NCBI RefSeq assembly: GCF_964355755.1
Contig: NC_092674.1
Span: 21,018,001 to 21,082,000 of the forward strand
Direction: 5' to 3'
Source of the DNA: Antedon mediterranea
Taxonomy: Eukaryota; Animalia; Echinodermata
Length of the DNA stretch: 64,000 nt
Position numbers and translations under genes: made by a program. How positions within the stretch are numbered: the stretch's first letter is position 1; each line of letters opens with the position of its first letter. Below, one piece after another: positions 44,401 to 55,095 of the stretch. The notes under the pieces are model-generated. The model was given only the letters and a program-made list of their open reading frames with translations, ran no database searches and was not told the DNA's origin.

Positions 44401-45865
44401 ATTTTCAACAATTTTTTTTTAGTTGAGTTGCCATGCAGTAAGGCGATGAGTACCATTGTCATAAAATCAGCACAGTGTCCACTCGACCATAGTTCTGGTG
44501 CTAGAACAAGTCTTCTCAGATAAGGACTTAAAACTGGAGATCAAGTGTACAGTACACATTGGCTCAGTGCATGTTTCAGAAGAGTAAGGGGTTACTCTGG
44601 TGTACTTGTCCATCTCAGCCCCTGGCCTTGTGAACAGACGAATTGACGCTATTTCTTGGCTACTCAACACAAAGAGACGCTTGATAGATGAATGTACAAA
44701 TATTGTTGTTGTATGTGACATCCACACTTGTGTGCAATTCAGACCAGTTACATTACATATTCCGAACATTTCACAATTTTTTACATGTCAATACATGGAA
44801 TAAAAAATAAAATCTGCTTTTTAAAGTTGTATAATTTTATTTCCACAGACAGTGCTCCGGATTTGGGACTGTATGTTCTACGAGGGGTCAAAGATCATAT
44901 TCCGTGTAGCTTTAGGTCTTATCAGTCGCAATGCACAAACAATTATGAAAGCAAACAGTTTTACAGCATTGATAGAAGCATTTAGGGAATCTACTCAGAG
45001 TTCAGCCAATTTAGACTGTCATGAATTCATGCAGGTAATAACCCAATACAAATTACTCTTACACTTTTTACAAGGAAACATTAAACATAACATAAAGCTT
45101 ACAGCAGTCTACTATAACAAAGTCTTGTTTAAAACTGTTGGGAGAAGTTTGTGATTCCTGTCTAGACTAGTACTGGAGGCTGTCATTTTGTCTATCTGGA
45201 CAAACACATGACTGCAAAGAACCCAAAGAATGATTCACAAACTAGTTTGTCAAAATGGTGCACTGCCTAACTTCTGAAACCAAGTTTACAGAATCTTTTT
45301 CTTGCCAAACTCTAGAGTCTTTCTTCCTGAGTTTTTAAACAAAATTTTACTAGTGCAGACTAGGCTTCAGTTATGTACACTGTTGTATCCCAAAGACGTC
45401 CTTATAAGGTATGAGCTGTGTAGAAGTAGTTTTAGATCTTCATTGATGTTGAAACAATGCTTGACACCTCAGGAGATGGGAAATACTGTATTGTCGATGG
45501 TGTGGGGTCAAAAGGTTATAACCTCCTTTTTATTAGCAAGAGATCATTTTTGGCCAGAACGAACTTGCAAGCTGCATATGTGCAGGAGACTGCTTAACCC
45601 CAAAGTTGTATATTACAGATCTACTCTAGGATCTGGACAGCATGTTAGTTTATTTTTCAAATTATACCTGAATAGAATTTTTCTAATATTGTTATTCCCC
45701 ACAGAAAATTGAAATTAGATTTGTTAATGTTTATAACAAAAAAATAACAAAAAAAGTAATATATTTTTACTTCTTTTACAGCTTGCCTTCCAAGATTCAC
45801 TCACACGAGATACAATAAACAGATTAAGGCAAGATGTGAGAGATAAGCTTCAAAAGGAACAGTAA
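35441..45865 (+). CDS. GRTP1: Growth hormone-regulated TBC protein 1-like Rab GTPase-activating protein (GRTP1/TBC1D6), 7 exons, 344 aa
   Basis: Exons 35441-35493, 40435-40589, 42799-42957, 43348-43572, 44218-44390, 44849-45034, 45782-45865 give one open frame (1035 nt). Contains IDPYGFRRSADFDY..YLATLTRRAIKW, VKRYVRKGIP, the TBC arginine finger IKIDLHRTFP, the glutamine finger GYCQGMNF, KWFICLF and LRIWDCMFYEGSKIIFRVAL. The short first exon is the least certain. Confidence 0.9.
35599..35815. repeat. TAGGCCTA/CTAG-rich low-complexity tract at the start of GRTP1 intron 1
   Basis: Dense TAGGCCTA, GCTAGC and CCTAGG palindromic words; similar tracts at 46503-46592 and 63948-63972. Confidence 0.6.
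36269..37703. mobile_element. TTAA-flanked foldback DNA element with about 350-bp imperfect TIRs
   Basis: TTAA-ACGGCGCTAGTTCCGTTTCGCACCTGT ... ACAGGTGCGAAACGGAAATAGCGCCGC-TTAA. Arms about 36269-36615 and 37365-37703 align as reverse complements (e.g. TTTCTATGGAGCGCCAAAAGAGCAA / TTGCTCTTTTGGCGCTCCATAGAAA). Confidence 0.8.
36975..37319. mobile_element. MITE with 8-bp TSD nested in the foldback element
   Basis: GAAATTAT-GGGTATTGCTAAACACCGCAAAC ... GTTTGCGGTGTTTAGCAATACCC-GAAATTAT; internal direct repeat ACACTACATGATTCAATCACTTTTATGTTGGTTC. Superfamily (MuDR/hAT-like) uncertain. Confidence 0.8.
40757..40930 (-). mobile_element. Degenerate tRNA/CORE-like SINE fragment
   Basis: CCTTGGTCGAGGGAGG..AAGTCTTGCCTAA..GGACAC..GACTCAAACTCACGA..GAAGTCCAAC..TAACACT resembles the reverse complement of a tRNA head plus CORE-like body. 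Confidence 0.4.
41364..42068. mobile_element. piggyBac-like non-autonomous element
   Basis: TTAA-CACTTTCACCGCCA ... TGGCGGTGAAAGTG-TTAA; subterminal palindromic repeats AAAGACG..ATTTCCGTCTTTGGCGGT at 41990-42060. Confidence 0.8.
44430..44612 (+). mobile_element. Degenerate copy of the tRNA/Deu-type SINE
   Basis: GTTCTGGTGCTAGAACAAGTCTTCTCAGATAAGGACT..GAGTAAGGGGTTACTCTGGTGTA matches 60013-60140. Confidence 0.65.
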
Positions 45866-46283
45866 CATCAAGTTACAGAATAGTAAAATTATATATATTC
45901 AATACAACCAGTACCAGCAACTATGTAGATTGCATTTTTATAAGAAAGTCATTGGAGAAACCCTATTTTACACATTAGGTACATTTGACAATTACTGTTA
46001 TGAAAAAACAAAAATATACATTCTTTTTTTTCCAAGCCATGAGCCATTCATTTCAAATTTTGCAGTTTTTTATGTTTTTTTTCTTCCATTTTAAAAACTC
46101 TTGCTTGTACAAAAGGTTTGTCACTTTCTCTATGTAATAGTGAAAATTCTATTCAATCAGTTTCTTGTTTTTTAAAGCAATTGTTGTATTAATTGTATTT
46201 CTACAAAATTAAATTAACTACAAACTACAACTCCTAGGTTGTGCAGTGGGAATTGCATGCATGAGTGATTTCACAGCAACCTC

Positions 46284-46965
46284 TATTATTTTCTTTTATA
46301 TAACACCTAAATAAATTCCTGTCATTTGATTGGACGATTGTGGGTCACATGGCGTGCAATAGTACGCACTATTAAACGATCGTTTAATAGTACTTTTTGA
46401 AACATTTTTGTGTACGAAAAAAAAAACGTCTCGCGGATCAAAAAAAACCATAATTAGCTTAGATAAGTTCCAATTGTCTGTCGAAGTTTTGCCTTTCAGC
46501 CAAGCTAGTACTACTAGGCTACTAGGTCTAGCCTAGGCCATGCTAGTATTAGGCTAGACCTAGCCTAGGCGTGTTAGCCTTGCTAGGCCTAGGATTGTTT
46601 GGTCGTTTGTTGACATAATTAACACAAAAGTAGGCGTGTTTACGAAATCCATATAAATATAACATTTAATATAAAATTATTAAAAACCAAATGTTACTGT
46701 TTTTAATCAATGTGTGTGAATGAAATGTAGTAAGCTTTGGCTAGGGCTACCTTTTATTTGATTCAAATAACTAGAATTTATTTAGATGTTATATAAAACA
46801 AATAATGAATGTTTTGTATTCGTGTAATGGTACAAATAATGGCACTTGGTGAATGATGAAAGGTTATATAAACTCGGCGTTGCCTCGTTGATATAACCTT
46901 TCATCATTCACCTCGTGCCATTATTTGTACCATTACACTCATAAACATTCATTATTTGTATATTA
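46284..46965. mobile_element. Non-autonomous element with overlapping inverted repeats and a terminal about 160-nt hairpin (Crypton-like, tentative)
   Basis: TATTA direct repeat at both ends; 46285-46317 is inverted at 46776-46806; hairpin 46798-46959 centred on GGC-GTT-GCC. Confidence 0.6.
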
Positions 46966-47520
46966 GCAAACATTTATCAACCAATTACAAATGAGTGCTG
47001 TGGTTGGCCAACCATATTGGTTCAAGATGGAATCCAACATGTGATCTATCTGTATTCCAAAATGATCTATTTTATGAATATTGCTGGTTACTTATGGCAC
47101 GTTCAGGCTTAAATAATGTATCCAGTTAAGTTGGTTACCTACCTACCATTTGGCGATTATTGGTCTATGAAGCCCTTAGCGGGTAAATTCACTAAACTCA
47201 TAAACTAACTAGGCCCCTAGAGTTATGTTCGATTAATTGAATTCACTATGAAGCTGAATTGCTTACATTTTGTTTGGTGGCATGTTTCGTCTTTTATATG
47301 TTGTAAAGTGCAATATCTGTAATATTGTAGTTAGAAAAGAGGTATTACGTGATAACAGATTTCCTACTACTACTCCAAATGTTCAGACCAAAATATATAA
47401 TAAAGAATTTGGCTTTTCTTAATAGAGTTGGAGAATCAATCATTTTTTCATAGAAAAGCCTTCAACCTATAAAATGTGAATATTTTTTTAAAATTGTAGA
47501 TATAATACTTTTTTATTCAA

Positions 47521-47832
47521 AGATGTTTTTGTCCCCCAAAAACATGAAAAATGAAGATTAATAAAATCAGATTTTAAATATGCCATTTTAAGTTAAACGC
47601 GACTCTACAGCTCACTGTGTCGGTGGGTAAACACTAACTTACATTTGTGCACACGACTGCAACCATGCATATGGCCTAGTTTGCTTTAAATTACATTTTT
47701 TCAGGTAAATCATTTTTTTAGGTAAATCTTTTTTTTTTTTTCAATTTGTTTCCAAAGTGAATAACTATTATGTGACTAAAATGGCATATTAAAAAAAAAA
47801 TGTTTAAAAAATTGTTAGGGGGACAATATATC
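47521..47832. mobile_element. Kolobok-like MITE with a nested short HINE-like copy (47597-47681)
   Basis: AGATGTTTTTGTCCCCC ... GGGGGACAATATATC; internal ACGCGACTCTACAGCTCACT..CACACGACTGCAACCATGCATATGGCCTAGTT. Confidence 0.55.
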
Positions 47833-49167
47833 AAGAATGAATTTTACATGTGATCAATGGAGTCAATGTGTGAACATATAACTTCACTTAAGTGTGTGTG
47901 CCTAAAGTAAGCCACACGCAGATGCCCAATGGTTGATCATCTGCATACATTTGTTATAAAATTTCAAAGGATTGTATTGAGTTTTAAAACCAAAATGTGT
48001 TACAAAGCCTAGTCCAAAGCTGTACAGTAAATAACGAGAAAATTGTTATGGAATTGTTAATAGCATAATATAGTCCTTTCCATTAAAATAAATAGATATG
48101 TATTTTTAGATTTAAACATTTATTTTGTTTATTCGAATTCCAAATTGCACCAAATACCAAAAGCAAATAATTATAGTCAATATTTAGTTTAAAACGTTTT
48201 ATTTGATATTCGTGAATAAATATTTATAGTTTTGTATCTGTACAGTACATTCATTGTAATTATTATCATTAAGTTCCTCCTGCTTATAGAAAACCCCTCC
48301 CCATTAGTCCACTTTGCACGCAAAGTCCAATTTTTCCTGAACCAAATGTTTGTTCATTTAATCCAATGTGCATTCCACAATGTATTTGTATAAATAATTT
48401 TAGACATTACTATTAAAATAATTATATAATAATTAAAATAAATACAACAACCAATATTTATCAGCTGCAAATGTTTCTTTATGGTACTTAACACTGAAAA
48501 AACAACACAAACAAAGAACACATACCAATATACAGTAATTGTACAGACTATAGATCAAATATAGTCTAGATTAGCTGACTTGTTTAACATTATATGGTAT
48601 GTGTTTTATATTTTCCTTAGAATAATCTATTATAAGATTTAGCCAGTTACATGTATGTTTTCCGTGATATTTTATAAATGATGCCGAAGTCATTACGCTT
48701 ACATATTTTTTGTTCTAATAAATTAATATGAGCATTATTATTCCAACAATCCTGGGTTTGTCCTTCTGTACTTGGTACTCCATGTGTTTGACGTTACCCA
48801 TGTTATCATTAGTGTTGTCATAAGTGGCTAATTATGTATACGTACTATATCTACTGTACAAATGAAAATGTAAAAATAGTATTTGTACCTATTATGTACT
48901 TTGATAAACCATATACTTGCCCGATTTAAATGTTAAATTTTTTTTTTTCAAATGGTATTTTTGCACACAAAAAAATTGTCCAATTAGAAGCAATAATGTA
49001 AACATTTTAACTGTATCTGATTATAAACGTGTATACATTTAATCCTAATTATGAATATTAATAACAAGACAGTTATAAATAAAATATTTGTTAATGAATT
49101 AGTATTACAGTTTCAGTATTTAGCTGTTTTTATATAAAGCATATTGGTTTATAATAAGTAATTAAAC

Positions 49168-49970
49168 AGGTGTATAGTGCACCTGGGAGTAAACATGGAC
49201 TTACATGTGTATATGTGTACCTGGGAGTAAAGATGGACTCACAGGTGTATATGTGTACCTGGGAGTAAACATGGACTCATAGGTGTTTATATGTACCTGG
49301 GAGTAAACATGAAATCACAGGTGTGTAGTGTACCTGGGAGTAAACATGGACTTGCATCTGTATATGTGTACCTGGGAGTACACATGGACTCAATGTGTAT
49401 AGTGTACCTGGGAGTAAACATGGACTCACATGAGTAAACATGGACTCACATGTGTATATGTGTACCTGGGAGTAAACATATACTTACATGTGTATATGTG
49501 CACCTGGAAGTAAACATGGAATCACAGGTGTATATGTGTACCTGGGAGTAAAGATGGACTAACATGTGTATATGTGTACCTGGCAGTAAAGATAGACTCA
49601 CAAGTGTATATGGGTACCTTGGAGTAAACATGGACTCATAGGTGTATATGTTATACCTGGGAGTAAACATGGAATCACAAATGTATATGTGCACCTGGAA
49701 GTAAACATGGACTCACAGGTGTATAATGTAGCTGGGAGTAAACATAGACATACAGGTCTAATGTGTACCTGGGAGTAAACATGGACTCACAGGTGTATAT
49801 GGGAGTAAACATTGACTCCTAGGTGTATATGTGTACCTGGGAGTAAACATGGACTCACAGGTGTATATGTGTACCTGGGAGTAAACATGGACATACAGGT
49901 CTAATGTGTACCTGGGAGTAAATATTGACTCACGTGTGTACACTGCATGTGCACCTGGGGTAAACATGGA
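49168..49970. repeat. 38-bp minisatellite, about 21 copies
   Basis: Consensus ACCTGGGAGTAAACATGGACTCACAGGTGTATATGTGT, with occasional 39-bp or truncated units. Confidence 0.95.
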
Positions 49971-52900
49971 GCTGTATCCACATTATACACCTCACAAATA
50001 GTACTGTGTTTTCACAACATAACATTTCATTTTATTATGTATCTTGTAATTTAATACATGACCTATGACATTAGCTTTGCATTACTTTTCATTTGTTTAT
50101 GTATCAATGTTATTTTGTATTAATACACTCAAATACAAGTCAATCAGGGCTGCCTGTTTATTGTTTAGTTTATTTTTTTTTAATATCACCAATTAAATCA
50201 CAATTGTTTTGTAGTAAATTAGATATAAACATGATGTATACGACTATACATGTGTATTTCTTTTTTTATTTACTTTTTCTTGATGCATTCCATTTCATTT
50301 TGTCATTAAATACTTTTATTTTAACCAAAAATCTGTAATGAAATCTTTATTTTTTAACAGAAATGTATTCACATTCAAGAATCTTGTTTCAGGCTTTGTC
50401 AACAAAATAAGATAATAACACACCAGGGCATCAACACCTGCATTGTTTGGTGTGAATTAAAAAATCAAAAAGTGTGTGTTTAATGTGAAAGGGTGTAAAT
50501 GGCGTGAATTGAATACCTGATGGATATCCTCCAGAAAATCCTGGGCCTCTGGAATGGGAGAATTTGAGGTACACATGACAGTTTGCTTGACAAAAAGCAC
50601 AAAGATAAACAAAGGAAGTTTATTATTGTATGAAACTTATTGTTAAACATAATAATGTTAAAATATATACAATTATCTTGATACAGAGTTTAAATGATTG
50701 AGAAGAATTTTGTTTCGTCAAATTTATCAAATGCAGTATAAAGCAAACCAAACGCTGAGATCCAAGGGTTAATCTTTGGCTGGGACACAATCAGTTCCAC
50801 GCCTCTGCCTCATTATATAGTGTGTACACTGTGTCACAAAGAATGTGCAGTTGGTATTTGTCACAGTCAGACATAAAATCAAAGGACTGTTACAATATTG
50901 GTAAGGCGAGCAGTGTCCTGTTAGATTTCCTTGGTAAGTGGATTTGTTACAATTGAGAACTTGAAGACCTTAAAAGGTATAAAGTTGGGTTCATATCAAC
51001 ACATGTAGACCACCAATATTTAAATTGTAAAGACAAACACACAGATATAAGATCAAGTTCAGAACTTAATATCACAATTTTAATCTCAGCTCAAAGTGAT
51101 GATGCAGACAGTTATGATACATTTTTTTTCGTCAACATATAGGTCATAGGTTAAGGTACAAATTGATACACTATTCACAACCTACAGGACTAATACTGTA
51201 CCTTTCCCTATGATCTAGATATTAACATGTAACTTATCTCTCTGAATGAATACCACAATTACAGTACCTAAATTTCTATGTTTAACCCTTGTCAATAAAA
51301 GCCTCTACAGAAGAATCATGCTAAAGATTTAACCCAAGATATGAAATCAACAATAAGTATTGGGTAAGTGAACATTATTTTGTTTGATAAAAGGGCATTG
51401 CATAGCTGCCTTGATTGAGGAGATCACAGAGCAATATATAGTTTAGGGTTATGGCAATGTGCTACCAAAACACACTTATGTAAATACCCAAGACCCAAAA
51501 TACTGTGGATGACACAGATTATTTAATAATGAAAAGCAACACGCTCTTGGATACCCTATCTTTACTGAACTGACAACATGCTATGTAGAATGGACACACA
51601 ACTGCATTATTTTCGAGCATTTGTGGTCTAATTATTTTACAACTAGACTGAGAAACTTAACAATAACAAGTCTTACATTAAGTCATATGTATAGTTCAAT
51701 CTAATCAACTGCAAAAGAATAAAATTTAAATGTATAGCATTCATAGTGCTGTGCAGAAATTGAATGAATGTTGTTACCTTAAAATACCCAATGCACACAT
51801 ACTGTACACCACAAATGTAACACATTGTTTTCACACTATTTTGGCACAGTAATTGTTTTGTTTAAAAACTCAATAGAAAGATATGTGTGAATGCGTGTTA
51901 TCACTGTGTTATATCAACGACTTATTGCAAGATTTTGTTTTCCTAGTTCATACCAAGGAAACAATTTATTACAATATGTAGTTTTGTACATTGCTGTACG
52001 TGTGAATCAGGTATTAATATCATATTATATAATTATTGTCTTAAGACATACCCTTGTTACATAGAATAAACATATTTTGTATTTGCCACAATTATAAACC
52101 CTCATTTGGAAATTTTAATGATAAATAATTTCAGTTATGATCAGCAATTGTTAATTGCTGAAGTGTTATTTCAAAAGCATTTGGAATACAACATTTCAGT
52201 GAATTTATTTATTAAACATAACAGTATAAGGCAACTGGAATTTCAAACATACATATCCAACTATATTTTTAACATACCTATACAAAACAAAATAGATCAA
52301 ACTTAAAGATTGTGATTTACTTGTGTAAAATGTTACCATACTGACTCTTAAGACAAGCCTACCTACCCATGTTGACCACTAAACGTACCATAGCCAACTA
52401 AAAAGAAAACCAAACATTTGTAAAGTAGGAGTAGTTATTATAAATTCTATTTTCTAGAGAATTATTGCTCTTAAATTTAAAAAAAAAATGAAATTAAAAT
52501 TAATGAATATTCTGCATGTTTCTGAAAATGTAGATCCAGAGAAATGTGGGTATAATCATAAATTAATTCATTTAAAAAATGTTTTGCGACTTATCCATAC
52601 ATCTTTTTGCTTGGCTTTGCCACAAATTGAAATCAGTTTGGACTGCAATAGATTGGTTAGTCGGTTGATAATATTGCTTAAAATTACTGACAAAATTAAT
52701 GATAATTTTCAGAAATGATTCTATGCATTCGCAAAGCATCAGCAACCATTGAGATAAGGTGATAGGAATATACATGAATTTTAATGCACTAATATTTTTC
52801 TCACTTTGTAGATCAATGAAGATGTGAGGGTACTTTATCTTGTTGTCAGTATGGTACTTACACACAGTATAAATCTTACTATTTATGATTTTCATAAAGT

Positions 52901-53465
52901 GCTTTTAAAATAAACAAAACAAAACAAACCAATTAAAAGTTAATTATTCAATATGAACCTTCAGTAATTTTTTAGGTAAGTGAAAAATAAATAAGAATTG
53001 AAAAATGGATTATTTAACATACTGTATGATGGCAAAATACAAACAATTTATTTTCACAATGTATCAAAACCTAAACTAACAATCTATACAGTTATGTTCA
53101 CAAATACTCAAGAAATGTTTAAAAATATCAATACTAATAAATATTTATGAATTTTTCTTCTTGGCACAAATTAAAAATAACAAATCTAATTACAAGAATA
53201 CCCAATAAAGAATAAATATTTGGTATGAAAATGAAAATTCCAAGCTAATTAGTACTAATAAAAGGTTTGGGATATTGACCATTCTGTAATGAAACTTCAC
53301 TTTAAAACATTGTAAACATTTAAAGATCACATAAAATATGTGTTATGGTGGAATTATGAAGGGACAGTGATGGCACTTAAATTGTACTACTAGCTGTCTA
53401 TTACAAAAAATCTATTGCTAAAGTGGAGGTGTATTTAACTGCATGAAGTTTTCTGATATTACTGT

Positions 53466-53675
53466 AGGGACCATGTCATTACCATTCTACTGCATTTGCT
53501 GCAGTAACTACATTTTGCTTACCTGCTTTAATTATTTAGCAAGAATTTTTTCAATCAACATTACTGTTTATTTCAGTGAATGACTAATAATAAAAGTTTA
53601 CATTTGAAACAAATAAACAGTAAAAAATGTAGATACTGCAGTAACTGCAGTAGAATGGGATTTACATGATCCTTA
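53466..53675. mobile_element. Small MITE with about 50-bp imperfect TIRs
   Basis: AGGGACCATGT..CCATTCTACTGCA..TGCAGTAACTACATTTT / AAAATGTAGATACTGCAGTAACTGCAGTAGAATGG..ACATGATCCTT; related end at 56847-56895. Confidence 0.55.
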
Positions 53676-55095
53676 AGGCTATAAGAAGTGATTTCTATAT
53701 TAGCAAACTATTCACTTCTTCAATTTTAAGAAGTTTATACAGATTGATCAATTAATCTGAAGTAAAAAATTATTGGTTTTTCTGGGAGACAATACAATTA
53801 TTCATAATATATTTCATCAGTGGGCAAATTATATTATTGAATGTTGTTAATACATTTGATAATTATTGCAGCAGAGATTAAAATTTAAATTTGGTATTAT
53901 TTCATTAGAAATTAAACTTGATTTGCTATTATAAAGTGATTACAGCGTCAGTGTTTTGGCACCATCATTTACAAATGTTAACATATAATAAAATAAAAAA
54001 CATATTTTTATGAATTAATTTAGCAAGTTTTATCTTATTCACAAAGTAGTGGGGTATGTTTATACACTTTGTTCAGTTATAAACACAGGTACTGTGTCTG
54101 AATACAAAGTTAGTTGATTGAAGTTAATCTAATAAGTGAATTAAACTTACATAGAAGTAAGCAAGTTTAGAGTAAGGATGTGAACCATACAAACAAAATA
54201 ATTCCCTTTTAGTTTATCATTCATAAACATTATCCTTACATTGTAATGTACTGTCACCATTAATTGGTATAATGCAGGCTGTTGCTATGACATTCAGACC
54301 AATATCGTTGCATATTATATACTTAGATGAATGGTAATATAATATGAACAATACAGTAGATTTTGTAGGAGGCATATTCCTGAATATTAAGTATTGATTA
54401 GGAACGTGTAGTAATAATTCAGTAGTATTGGGCAATATCTATGAATATTCCCTAGACAACATTCATCACACAGAATATCATCCAGATAAACGTTCATATG
54501 GATATAACAGTAACTTGCGCAATCTTCCTACAGATCTAGACAGCAAAATGTACTATTATATGTGCAGTAACATTTGGTATTATTCCAGCATGTTAAGTAA
54601 AGTAGGGCTGCATACATACAATAATACAGTAAAAGTTGAAAGCATTGTCCCTGCATATTAAGTAGATTAAAGTTTGTATACATCACTGGATAACTATCAA
54701 GGGTCAGGTTATGATAATACAACACCTAAAAATGGCTTTATTTCAGGAGAAAGGTTAAGAACCATGTAGATACTAGATAAATCCATCAATTTTATTCATT
54801 TATCTAGATCAAGAGTTGCTACTACAATTTTAATAATAAAGGCATCTTTCAACTACATATGGACAATGGTAGATAATACTAAAATGCATTATGTGCAATT
54901 AAAGTAGTTAGAATGTTTCACAAAATATGAAAGGTGATTAAATGCAAGTATTGCACATAAAGGTCCTTTTACTACATAACATCAAACCGAATAAATGAAA
55001 AGTTTGAATCTCAAATAAAATGAAAACTTGGATCGGATAATTATTCACACTACTTACAATTTTAATGATTTACAATGTGACAATGATGGTCACTG

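Noticed and set aside
45302-45712. 136-aa ORF in the last GRTP1 intron
   Set aside because: Non-ATG start, no recognisable domain; at most a decayed LINE fragment that I cannot support.
49168-49970. CRISPR-like array or ORFs 49446-49694 and 49758-49967
   Set aside because: Units are contiguous with no unique spacers, the context is eukaryotic with no cas genes, and the ORFs are translations of the repeat.
50400-50980. Possible extra gene or transposase remnant between GRTP1 and FMR1
   Set aside because: Slightly higher GC, but the frames I tried close quickly and show no recognisable motif or consistent splice pattern.
45866-55095. Specific polyadenylation sites for GRTP1 and FMR1
   Set aside because: AATAAA/TTTATT hexamers are too frequent in this AT-rich region to choose from sequence alone.
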